Shown in pieces: positions 9,926 to 18,736 of a stretch of 64,000 nt of DNA (within the stretch, counting starts at the first letter, position 1; each line of letters begins with the position of its first letter). Source of the DNA: Candidatus Kerfeldbacteria bacterium. GTDB taxonomy: Bacteria > Patescibacteriota > Patescibacteriia > UBA10025 > JAHIVO01. Position numbers and translations under genes: made by a program. The stretch lies in contig JACROE010000002.1 of the NCBI GenBank assembly GCA_016214565.1, positions 1,048,007-1,112,006 of the forward strand, given 5' to 3'. Below the pieces are notes generated by a model that was given only the letters and a program-made list of their open reading frames with translations, had not been told where the DNA came from and did no database searches.

Positions 9926-11025
9926 GCTTTTGTCTGTTTAGAAATGTTAATCAAAATACCTATGGCAACTAAAGAGGTAACCAATGCTGAACTCCCATAA
10001 CTGATAAAAGGTAATGGAATACCGGTCAGCGGCACCAGCGTAACCATTGCTGCAATATTGATAAAAGCTTGCATGACGATCCAAATAACAATTCCCGTGG
10101 CTACTAATTTGCCAAATGTGTCGGGCGCTTTTTTCGCAATAAGTAGGCCGCGCTTCATAAACCAAATAAATAGCAAAATGAGTGCAACGGACATAAAAAG
10201 CCCCATTTCTTCAGCAACAATCGCAAAAATTGAATCCCCGGTTACCTCAGGTAAATACAGATATTTCTGGCGGGAATGACCGAGCCCAAGGCCGAACAAG
10301 CCGCCACTTCCGATCGCCAGCAACGCCTGATTGATATGATAGCCTATCCCCTGCGGATCAAGTGCTGGATTTAAAAAAACTGTAAATCGAGCAGCCCGAT
10401 ATGGCGCAAGCTTAATCAATACAAAAAACAACGAAACTGCGCTGGCAACAAGAATTGCCAAATGCTTGAGCGGAGCTCCGGCTACATAAAATATTAAAAA
10501 TCCAATCAATGCAATGGTAACCATTGTTCCCATGTCTGGCTGCAGCATGATCAGAAATACGACGCTGCCCGCAATAATAATAAAGGGAATCAAACCATAA
10601 CCAGCCTCTTTAATCCCCTCTTTATTTTTCTCAAAGAGAGTTGCCAAATACAAGATAAAAGCTAATTTCAGCATTTCGCTCGGCTGAAATATAATGGGCC
10701 CAAGCTGGATCCACCGTCTGGCTCCGCCATACTCAAAACCAATACCGGGAATAAGCACGCCTAGCAATAAAATTACCGTTACCGCCATGAGTGGAAAAGC
10801 GAACTTCCGCCACACGTGATAATCAATTTTTGCCATAACAATCAAACCAACCGTGCCGATCAGCACACCGTACAGTAACTGATGCTTGAGTAAATAATTA
10901 CTATCGCCAAACTTTTCGAATGACAGCACTGAGCTCGCTGAAGCAAGCATAACCAGCCCATACAGGACAATCACTCCTACTATGGCAATAATTCGATAAT
11001 CTGGTTTATGTGTGGATACGGACAT
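9922..11025 (-). CDS. ftsW: SEDS peptidoglycan polymerase FtsW
   Basis: GARRWI, FQPSE, QPDMG, YLPEVTGDSIFA, LPFISYGSS; lies between murD and murG. Confidence 0.95.
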   Translation of the reverse strand: MSVSTHKPDYRIIAIVGVIVLYGLVMLASASSVLSFEKFGDSNYLLKHQLLYGVLIGTVGLIVMAKIDYHVWRKFAFPLMAVTVILLLGVLIPGIGFEYGGARRWIQLGPIIFQPSEMLKLAFILYLATLFEKNKEGIKEAGYGLIPFIIIAGSVVFLIMLQPDMGTMVTIALIGFLIFYVAGAPLKHLAILVASAVSLFFVLIKLAPYRAARFTVFLNPALDPQGIGYHINQALLAIGSGGLFGLGLGHSRQKYLYLPEVTGDSIFAIVAEEMGLFMSVALILLFIWFMKRGLLIAKKAPDTFGKLVATGIVIWIVMQAFINIAAMVTLVPLTGIPLPFISYGSSALVTSLVAIGILINISKQTKA

Positions 11026-11028
11026 ACG

Positions 11029-13170
11029 TTAACGAATTGATAAAACAAATTTGCTAAATTGATCGCCGCGATCAAATTCATTTTGAAACATACCGAAACT
11101 TGCCGCGCCTGGTGATAGTACAACTGGGTATCGACCCACGGATTTTTCCTGTGCAACTTGAATAGCTGCTTGCATCGAATGAACGGTCGTACATTGATAA
11201 TATTTTTTCTTTCGTAGTAACTGGTTAATTTTGTCTGAAGCGGAACCAGACAACAATATGCACCAAACTGCGTGCTGGCGTATTGTTTTCACAAACTCAT
11301 TAAAATCCAATCGCTTATCAGCGCCACCGGCGATCAGTACAACTTTCGAGTTGATTGATTTCAGTGTGGCTATAGCAGCGTCTGGAATAGTCGCGGTCGT
11401 ATCATTGATATACGCTACACCCTGTATTTCGCGAATGACCTCCATCCGGCCTGACAAACCGTGAAACGCAATAACCGCTTTTCGAATAATGGTATGTGAC
11501 ACACCAGAAATTCGCGCAGCCGCTATGGCCGCCAGAATATTTGATACATTATGAGCACCACGAAGTCCACAATCAGATAACCGCATAACTTCAGACAAAA
11601 CACCATTAATGCGCACAAATATGGCTCTTTTATGAACAAATACGGCGTGCTGCTCGTTAATTGATTTACGAGAAAACCACATGCGCTTGCCAGGCACTTC
11701 TCTTCCCCACATCCGAGTCGTGGGATCATCATAGTTCAAGATCGTCCAATCGTCCTGGCTTTGAAATCTAAAAATATTCTTTTTCGCATTATGGTAGCCG
11801 ATGACCGTTTTATGACGATTCAGATGATCATGCAGAATATTAGTTACTACGGCAATCGGTGGGCTGTGCCGTGCCTGCGCGCTATCCTCGAGCTGAAAAG
11901 AAGACAGCTCCAGTACCGCGGTACGACTACTAATTGTTTTTGAAAGCAAATCAAACGGTGAAATACGAATATTACCCCCAAGCAACGGTCGTTTCTTCGC
12001 GTGCTTAAGTATTTCATAAATCAATTGCGTCACTGTGGACTTGCCCTTCGTCCCAGTCACCCCAATGATTGGCGACTTACTCAAACGATAGAAAATACTT
12101 AATTCATTTTCGACGGGCACTTGTGCTTGATGAGCCGCTTTAATGTAAGGTGAATAATTTGGCACGCCAGGATTTTGGATTACTAAGTCAGTATGAGTAA
12201 AATCCCTCATTTGATGCTTGCCAAGCACGTACGTAATATTTTTCTTTGGTAACCGTTTGATTGATGCGGCTAGAATTTTGCGCGATCGTAAGTCAGTTAC
12301 GATAACGTGTGCACCACGCTTATGCGCCCAACGCGCCGCTGCTATTCCACCGCCGTGCAATCCTAATCCCATCACTGTTACCCGCTTTCCTTTCAGCCTT
12401 AGATCAGGGCCGATCCATTTATAAATAATGTCTTTTATTAAAGTTAATTGTTTTTTCTCACGAAATGTGTGCGGTGCATCTGGTATGAGGACAAACTTTT
12501 TTTGGCAGGTAAGGCGTTGATAGAGTTTAAAAACATGTTCTGCAGGAGTACTGTCATCTTTTTCTCCGACAATCAATAAAGTCGGCATAATTAAACGCTT
12601 TGCCTGAGGCAACACATCATATCGTAAACGATCTTCCATATGAGACCATTTTAATCGTTTGATTAACCCAGGTTTGCTTTTGCTGTATTTGATAAGCCAG
12701 CCTGTTCTTTCCCATTGAACATATTCCCTCTTCTTTTCAACGCGTGAGATACTCAGCTTGCCTGATACTACAGGAGATATGGGTATCAGTGATGCTACCT
12801 GCTCAGGATATCGTTGAGCATATAAAATTGAACAGATACCGCCAAGCGAGTGCCCGGTCAGCCAGAATGGCTGCTGAAACCAAGGCTGCGTCCGTGCCCA
12901 CTTAATAACATCTTCTAAATCTTGGTAATAATTAGTGACCGTCGCATTTTCATACGCCCCTCCGCTTTCACCCACACTATTTGTTGTATCAAAACGAACG
13001 ACCGTAAAATTTCGTTCATAAAATGTTTTCGCTACCAGCTCAATATGCTTTTGCTCTTTAAAACCACCCAATCCGTGCATAACAAAAACCAACCCACGGG
13101 CTCGAGGGTTGATCTGGATGAGCGTAACTAGGCGCAAACCATGCCGATTACGAATAATTTTCTTTACCAT
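11029..13170 (-). CDS. murD: Fusion of an N-terminal alpha/beta hydrolase and UDP-MurNAc-L-Ala--D-Glu ligase MurD
   Basis: aa about 1-255: HGLGG, GHSLGG (Ser), GEKDD (Asp), APHTF (His). aa about 258-713: GLGLHGGG, TGTKGKST, ELSSFQL, DHLNRH, NDTTAT, SPGAASFGMFQNEFDRG. One continuous frame. Confidence 0.92.
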   Translation of the reverse strand: MVKKIIRNRHGLRLVTLIQINPRARGLVFVMHGLGGFKEQKHIELVAKTFYERNFTVVRFDTTNSVGESGGAYENATVTNYYQDLEDVIKWARTQPWFQQPFWLTGHSLGGICSILYAQRYPEQVASLIPISPVVSGKLSISRVEKKREYVQWERTGWLIKYSKSKPGLIKRLKWSHMEDRLRYDVLPQAKRLIMPTLLIVGEKDDSTPAEHVFKLYQRLTCQKKFVLIPDAPHTFREKKQLTLIKDIIYKWIGPDLRLKGKRVTVMGLGLHGGGIAAARWAHKRGAHVIVTDLRSRKILAASIKRLPKKNITYVLGKHQMRDFTHTDLVIQNPGVPNYSPYIKAAHQAQVPVENELSIFYRLSKSPIIGVTGTKGKSTVTQLIYEILKHAKKRPLLGGNIRISPFDLLSKTISSRTAVLELSSFQLEDSAQARHSPPIAVVTNILHDHLNRHKTVIGYHNAKKNIFRFQSQDDWTILNYDDPTTRMWGREVPGKRMWFSRKSINEQHAVFVHKRAIFVRINGVLSEVMRLSDCGLRGAHNVSNILAAIAAARISGVSHTIIRKAVIAFHGLSGRMEVIREIQGVAYINDTTATIPDAAIATLKSINSKVVLIAGGADKRLDFNEFVKTIRQHAVWCILLSGSASDKINQLLRKKKYYQCTTVHSMQAAIQVAQEKSVGRYPVVLSPGAASFGMFQNEFDRGDQFSKFVLSIR

Positions 13171-13181
13171 ACGTAGGCACT

Positions 13182-13215
13182 ACTATACCACAAAAGCTCA
13201 CTTTTTTGAAGTGAG
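13182..13215 (-). promoter_or_regulatory. Internal dcw promoter with an inverted repeat over the -35
   Basis: TTCAAA-aaagtgagcttttgtgg-TATAGT (17 nt spacer, extended -10), 11 nt before the ATG; CTCACTT-N5-AAGTGAG palindrome at 13197-13215. Confidence 0.65.
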
Positions 13216-13234
13216 ATGTGCGAATGCTACCTGA

Positions 13235-13702
13235 CTATTTCCTTAATTTTGATGGTAGCTCAATAAAAACAGATAGCGGTATTACTTGTTTTCGGCGGTA
13301 TCGTTCAATAGCCGCCAAAACATTGTTACTGCGGATTTTACCTTGCTTCGCCAATGCTTTAATTTCATCGTATGAAAACCATTGTATTGCTGGATGTTCA
13401 GATGTAATTCGCAACCTCCCGCCAATAATTTTAGAAACTACCACAGGAGCTATCAGAGTATTGCCCCGCTGAGTAAGCCGCACCTGATAGATGCCAATTA
13501 ACTTGGTTGGTTTAACTCGAAAACCAGTTTCTTCAAACGCCTCCCGGGTGGCACATTCTACGATCGTTTCTCCTAGTTCCATATTACCAGCTGGAAAGTT
13601 ATATTGACCACGAACAAAGTATTTTGATTCCTGAACGAGCAAAAACTTACCGCCACGGCTTATCAGATTACATACTGCAATAAATACTCCGCGTCTTCGC
13701 AT
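13235..13702 (-). CDS. Nudix hydrolase
   Basis: Nudix box GNMELGETIVECATREAFEETG; TAATG overlap with the mraY stop. Confidence 0.9.
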   Translation of the reverse strand: MRRRGVFIAVCNLISRGGKFLLVQESKYFVRGQYNFPAGNMELGETIVECATREAFEETGFRVKPTKLIGIYQVRLTQRGNTLIAPVVVSKIIGGRLRITSEHPAIQWFSYDEIKALAKQGKIRSNNVLAAIERYRRKQVIPLSVFIELPSKLRK

Positions 13703-14751
13703 TATCGATCAACTAAAAATATTATTACGCCCAATACAGCAGTCACTGCCGCGATTATCCAAAATCGCATAACAATTTTTGGTTCTGGCCAACCCCGAGC
13801 TTCAAGATGATGGTGTAATGGCGACGAAATAAAAACTTTTTTATGAATTGTCTTACGCGCGATAATTTGAATAATAACGGAGCCAGAAACCAAAACAAAC
13901 ATAAACCCAATAATGGGAAGTAACAAAGCGGCATTTGTCAACATGGCAACGATGCCAAGCGTAACCCCAAGGGACATCGCACCCGTGTCACCCATAAAGA
14001 AACGTGCCGGATTGATGTTAAACCATAAAAAAGCAAGCAGTGAACCAATAATCACTCCACAGAAAGCGGCTAAATCCATCCTGCCTTGAGCAAACGCAAT
14101 TGCGCCAAAAGCACCGAACGCAGCTAAGAGCGTCCCGCCCGCCAAACCATCCAGACCATCAATTTCATTCACGGAAAAAGCGGTTGCTACGATAATAAAT
14201 AAAAAAATGGGGACATACCATATACCGATATCATAATTCCCCACAAATGGAACGTGGATGGTCGTCCAGTCGAGCCGATAATAAAACCACCAGGCACCAA
14301 CCACAGCAATAAGGGTGTAAAGTAGTAATTTATGCCTGACGCGAAGCCCTCCACTATGGGCGCCAACTCCTTTAATATTAAATATGTCATCAATAAATCC
14401 AATGATGGCAGAAGCAACGAGGGCGGCAAGCGGTAGCCAAGTTTGCGATCGATTAAGAAAATTGAGCTTATCAATAAATGGATTATCAACCATGTTTGCC
14501 AGGACAAAGAAAAAAATTGCCAGCACCGCCGTGGTTACCCAGATCAGCAACCCCCCCATGGTGGGAGTGCCAGCTTTTCCCTGATGTAATTTACTATAAA
14601 TTGGAGTTTCGCCTGTTTCACGGATCGTTTTCCCCATTTTAAACTTATACAAGTAATGGGTTAAAAGCGGGGTCCACGCAAGCGTCACCACAAAAGCGAT
14701 CGTGGTAAGCAAAAAAACTTTAATAATATCAATATTTTCGGGCAATTCCAT
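13702..14751 (-). CDS. mraY: Phospho-MurNAc-pentapeptide transferase
   Basis: KAGTPTMGG, GFIDD, NEIDGLDGL, FMGDTG, PLHHHLE, WPEPKIV. Confidence 0.98.
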   Translation of the reverse strand: MELPENIDIIKVFLLTTIAFVVTLAWTPLLTHYLYKFKMGKTIRETGETPIYSKLHQGKAGTPTMGGLLIWVTTAVLAIFFFVLANMVDNPFIDKLNFLNRSQTWLPLAALVASAIIGFIDDIFNIKGVGAHSGGLRVRHKLLLYTLIAVVGAWWFYYRLDWTTIHVPFVGNYDIGIWYVPIFLFIIVATAFSVNEIDGLDGLAGGTLLAAFGAFGAIAFAQGRMDLAAFCGVIIGSLLAFLWFNINPARFFMGDTGAMSLGVTLGIVAMLTNAALLLPIIGFMFVLVSGSVIIQIIARKTIHKKVFISSPLHHHLEARGWPEPKIVMRFWIIAAVTAVLGVIIFLVDR

Positions 14752-14759
14752 AGTTATTA

Positions 14760-15146
14760 CTATAACGTGTTCTGACGCATAATCAAGTAACTGGCAACAA
14801 CTAACAGAACCTGACAGGCAAGAGAAAAACTAAGTTGTAATCGAGACAAAATAAAAGACTTTTTATGAAGCTGCCGGGCAAAAATTATATTAAGTATCAT
14901 GATGCCAGTACCTATTGCCGGCATCAAAAAAATTCTGTACCATTGGCCAACAAGGTCTACCCCAAAGTAAATGTTATAATGTAAGTACATAACCTCTTCA
15001 TACGGGCTGACGACCAATGCCAGGTATATCCACTGACCAACATTAAATGCCAATCCGGCTGCAATAAGCAGAACCGAAACCCGATCGCGAGAAAGAAATG
15101 GGTCGCGCCGTGAAACTAATCGCTTGAGTAGTGAAACAATATGCAT
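14760..15146 (-). CDS. Conserved small membrane protein (DUF1648-like)
   Basis: 3 TM and LHYNIYFGVDLVG motif; start at 15146 (ATG) or 15161 (TTG, ORF track). Confidence 0.65.
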   Translation of the reverse strand: MHIVSLLKRLVSRRDPFLSRDRVSVLLIAAGLAFNVGQWIYLALVVSPYEEVMYLHYNIYFGVDLVGQWYRIFLMPAIGTGIMILNIIFARQLHKKSFILSRLQLSFSLACQVLLVVASYLIMRQNTL

Positions 15147-16925
15147 TATCGTAAAATTCAAATACTTGCAGTTATACTATTGCTAGGCGGAATGCTCGCA
15201 CTAGAGATATCATCTATTCGTTTAGAAACACAGACAACAGATGAAGGGGCGCATTTAGCAGCAGGCTACAGTTACTTAGCAACGGGCGATTTCCGTCTCA
15301 ATCGAGAGCACCCGCCGTTGATCAAGGAGTTAGCAGCGCTACCGCTGTATCTGATACATCATTCTCTAAATCAGCCATTTAATTCACAAGCTTGGAGAGC
15401 GTCAGATCAATGGCTATTTGCGAAAAACTTTTTATATTATAATCGAATTTCTGCTGATACGCTATTTTTCCTCGGGCGCCTACCGATCATGTGCCTGAGT
15501 CTACTGCTTGGCTGGTGGATATTCCGTTGGACCAAAGAAATGTTCGGCACGCCAAGCGCTTTTATTGCGCTTATATTTTACGTACTTGACCCTACTATTA
15601 TTGCGCATAGTCGGTATGTTACGACCGATCTGGCCTTGACGCTCTGCTTCTATATCACCATATATTATTTCTATAAATACCTCAAGTTTGGCCAAGTGCG
15701 CTGGTTAATTGGTTTTTGGGTGGTTTTTGGCATTGCCCAAGCGAGCAAGTATTCTGCAATTTTTCTTATTCCAATTATCCTAATCATGTATTTTTTGAGT
15801 TTATGGCGATCGCATGAACTAAGGGTACAGCAAACAGTGAAGAACTTTTTTCTGCTATTCGGCGGCATGGCGGCCGTGACCATAATGATACTCTCGGTAG
15901 TATACGGTTTTCAGGCACCAAAATTGATTGATGACATTTCTGTTCAAAAACTTCTTAATAAGCGCGAAGTTTTGATTGTTACTGATCAAGTAAAAAACCA
16001 GGACGTTTTAATCCAAAAAATTATTTCTCTAGCTGATCCTGCTTCTAAAAGCGGGAAAATAGTTTCTTCATTGATGCAATCAGTACCCATTCCATTTCTC
16101 CCGTATTTTGACGGATTGATCCAGGTGTACTTCCATGATTACTTTGGCCACACTTCCTACCTAATGGGAAACCATGCTGAATTTGGCTGGTGGTATTACT
16201 TTCCAGTTGCAGTCGCAATCAAAACACCAGCTATTACCTTGGTGGGACTAGCTGCGGTCATTTTATTCGGAGTGTATCGAGCTGTCCAAACGCTCAAAAC
16301 AACACGTTCTATAAAAAAAATGTTTGCACGCGTTCCTATTCATTTCTATTTTTTAATTCTACCACCGTCGATATTTTTTCTGATTAGTATGAATGGTAGT
16401 TTAAATCTCGGAATACGGCACGTACTTGTCATTTATCCATTTATTTTTAGTATTTTAGGGTGGGCTATTTACCGATTTTGGACAAACACTGGCTGGTTTC
16501 CGCGATTATTAATTATTATTGGCATGAGTTTGTACATACTTTCTTCAATAACAATTTTCCCCAACTACTTATCATATTTTAACGAATTTATTGGCGGGTC
16601 AAAAAATGGATATCGATATCTTGTCGATTCAAACAACGATTGGGGTCAGGATGTTAAAAAACTAAAAACATATTTACGGAAACATAATATACCATATGTT
16701 TGCATGGCATACTTCGGGCAAACAGAGTTAAATTATTACGGCATTGATTATCGGTATTTGCCGGATAATCAACATTTTACTTCAACAGACAACCTTAACT
16801 GCGTCGTCGCAATTAGCATCACCGCACTGTACTCAAAGGAAGGCGAATACGCTTGGTTGCAAAAATATTCACCAAATACGACGATTGGATACTCAATTCA
16901 TTTGTATGACTTTCGAAAACCCTAG
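15141..16925 (+). CDS. GT-C fold glycosyltransferase (GT39/ArnT/PMT-like)
   Basis: TTDEGAH acidic motif after TM1, EHPPLIK, HSRYVTTD, many TM segments, soluble C-terminal domain with DSNNDWGQD. Confidence 0.85.
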   Translation: MHYRKIQILAVILLLGGMLALEISSIRLETQTTDEGAHLAAGYSYLATGDFRLNREHPPLIKELAALPLYLIHHSLNQPFNSQAWRASDQWLFAKNFLYYNRISADTLFFLGRLPIMCLSLLLGWWIFRWTKEMFGTPSAFIALIFYVLDPTIIAHSRYVTTDLALTLCFYITIYYFYKYLKFGQVRWLIGFWVVFGIAQASKYSAIFLIPIILIMYFLSLWRSHELRVQQTVKNFFLLFGGMAAVTIMILSVVYGFQAPKLIDDISVQKLLNKREVLIVTDQVKNQDVLIQKIISLADPASKSGKIVSSLMQSVPIPFLPYFDGLIQVYFHDYFGHTSYLMGNHAEFGWWYYFPVAVAIKTPAITLVGLAAVILFGVYRAVQTLKTTRSIKKMFARVPIHFYFLILPPSIFFLISMNGSLNLGIRHVLVIYPFIFSILGWAIYRFWTNTGWFPRLLIIIGMSLYILSSITIFPNYLSYFNEFIGGSKNGYRYLVDSNNDWGQDVKKLKTYLRKHNIPYVCMAYFGQTELNYYGIDYRYLPDNQHFTSTDNLNCVVAISITALYSKEGEYAWLQKYSPNTTIGYSIHLYDFRKP

Positions 16926-16939
16926 ATAAATGGGGTACT

Positions 16940-16997
16940 TTGACGAAAGTGAGTTTTTCTGCTATATTATACGAGCGAACGGAGGTAAAATTCGCTC
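16940..16997 (+). promoter_or_regulatory. Promoter of the type IV pilus operon plus palindromic 5' region
   Basis: TTGACG-aaagtgagtttttctgc-TATATT (17 nt, extended -10); GAGCGAA-N11-TTCGCTC at 16973-16997 encloses GGAGGT. Confidence 0.7.
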
Positions 16998-17000
16998 AAA

Positions 17001-18728
17001 ATGATATCAAACGAAGAAATTAAAAAGATACTCGCAACGTCGAACGTGATCCCCGAGGATCAGTTAAAACAGGCTTTGCAAAAAAATGCTACAGAGGGCG
17101 GCGGGATCATCGAGTATCTGATTAGTAAAAACATCGTTTCGGAAAACGTTTTATACGAAGCGATTGGAAATTATTATAAAATCCCTTTTATTGACCTGCG
17201 GCGGTTATCCATCCGGAAGGATATCTTGACATTGATTCCGGAGACAATTGTTCAAACGTACCAAATAGTCGCTTTTGATCAATCTGAAACAGAACTCAAA
17301 GTTGGTACTACCGACCCAAAAAATTTACAAATAATTGAATTTCTCAAAAAAAAGACAGGTCTTCGCATCAAGGTACACGTCACCACCCCCTCAAGCATCA
17401 AAGAAGTGGCCACTCAATTCCACAAAGGCCTTTCATCAGAGTTCAAAAACATTACCAAAGGGGACGTCGCCCTAAAAGAAGGTGAAGAAAATTTACAACA
17501 ACTTGCACAAGACCTTCCTATTGTCCGAATTGTTGATACGCTGCTTGAGTATGCAATATTTGAAGGCGCGTCAGATATTCATATCGAACCAACCGATAAG
17601 GACATCATGGTTCGATATAGAGTTGATGGTGTGCTTCGTGAAGCGATGCGATTACCAAAAAATTTACAACCCGGTGTTACCGCTCGTATAAAAATATTAT
17701 CAAACCTCAAAATTGATGAACACCGCCTTCCTCAAGACGGTCGATTTAAGATCGCCACGTCCGAATATAAAATATCATTTCGCGTTTCTATTATACCTGT
17801 CTTTGATGGCGAAAAAATCGTCATGCGTTTACTCAATGAATCGTCAAAATCACTTTCACTTGAGCAGATCGGCTTTCAGCTTAAGGCGCTGGAAATTGTT
17901 CAGGCCAATGTGCTAAAACCGCAAGGAATGCTCCTCGTCACCGGGCCAACCGGAAGCGGTAAAACGACAACGCTGTACACATTAATGTCACTGCTCAATC
18001 GACCAGAAGTAAACATTTCGACAATTGAAGATCCCGTCGAATACCGGATGCCTCGGATAAATCAAAGTCAAGTTAACCCAAAAATTGGATTTACCTTTGC
18101 TGCTGGATTGCGTTCACTCTTACGACAAGATCCGAATATTATTATGGTCGGAGAAATTCGCGACAACGAAACTGCGCAAATTGCAACTCATGCGGCGCTA
18201 ACCGGACACTTAGTACTTTCTACTTTGCACACGAACGATGCTGTTACGACACTCCCCCGTCTCGAAGAAATGGACGTTCCACGGTTTTTAATTGCTTCTA
18301 CAACCAACGTTGTTATTGCACAGCGACTTGTGAGAAAAATTTGCTCAGGGTGCATCCAAAGTTACACACTTTCAAAAAAGGCTATCTTGGATTTAGAAAA
18401 AAAGTTCGATTTAAAGGCTATTTTGAAAGTTTTGGAAACTCAGGGAATTATTCAGTCTGCTGAAGTTCCAATAGAATCCCTCCTTTTTTATAAAGGCAAG
18501 GGTTGCAAACAGTGTGGTAATAGCGGATATAAAGGACGCGTTGGAATTTTTGAGGTTTTAGAAATTACCAAAAAAATTGCTAAAATGATCGTTGATCATG
18601 AACCGGTTCCGGTTATTTTAAAAGCGTCGATTGATGATGGCATGTTAACTATGATGCAAGATGGATTTATAAAAGCAAAAAATGGAGTTACCTCGATTGA
18701 AGAAATATTAAGAGCCACCCAAGAATAA
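17001..18728 (+). CDS. pilB: Type IV pilus assembly ATPase (PilB/GspE)
   Basis: ASDIHIEP, PQDGR, GPTGSGKTTTLY, EDPVEY, LRQDPNIIMVGEIRD, TGHLVLSTLHTN, CxxC pairs. Confidence 0.95.
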   Translation: MISNEEIKKILATSNVIPEDQLKQALQKNATEGGGIIEYLISKNIVSENVLYEAIGNYYKIPFIDLRRLSIRKDILTLIPETIVQTYQIVAFDQSETELKVGTTDPKNLQIIEFLKKKTGLRIKVHVTTPSSIKEVATQFHKGLSSEFKNITKGDVALKEGEENLQQLAQDLPIVRIVDTLLEYAIFEGASDIHIEPTDKDIMVRYRVDGVLREAMRLPKNLQPGVTARIKILSNLKIDEHRLPQDGRFKIATSEYKISFRVSIIPVFDGEKIVMRLLNESSKSLSLEQIGFQLKALEIVQANVLKPQGMLLVTGPTGSGKTTTLYTLMSLLNRPEVNISTIEDPVEYRMPRINQSQVNPKIGFTFAAGLRSLLRQDPNIIMVGEIRDNETAQIATHAALTGHLVLSTLHTNDAVTTLPRLEEMDVPRFLIASTTNVVIAQRLVRKICSGCIQSYTLSKKAILDLEKKFDLKAILKVLETQGIIQSAEVPIESLLFYKGKGCKQCGNSGYKGRVGIFEVLEITKKIAKMIVDHEPVPVILKASIDDGMLTMMQDGFIKAKNGVTSIEEILRATQE

Positions 18729-18736
18729 AAAATACT

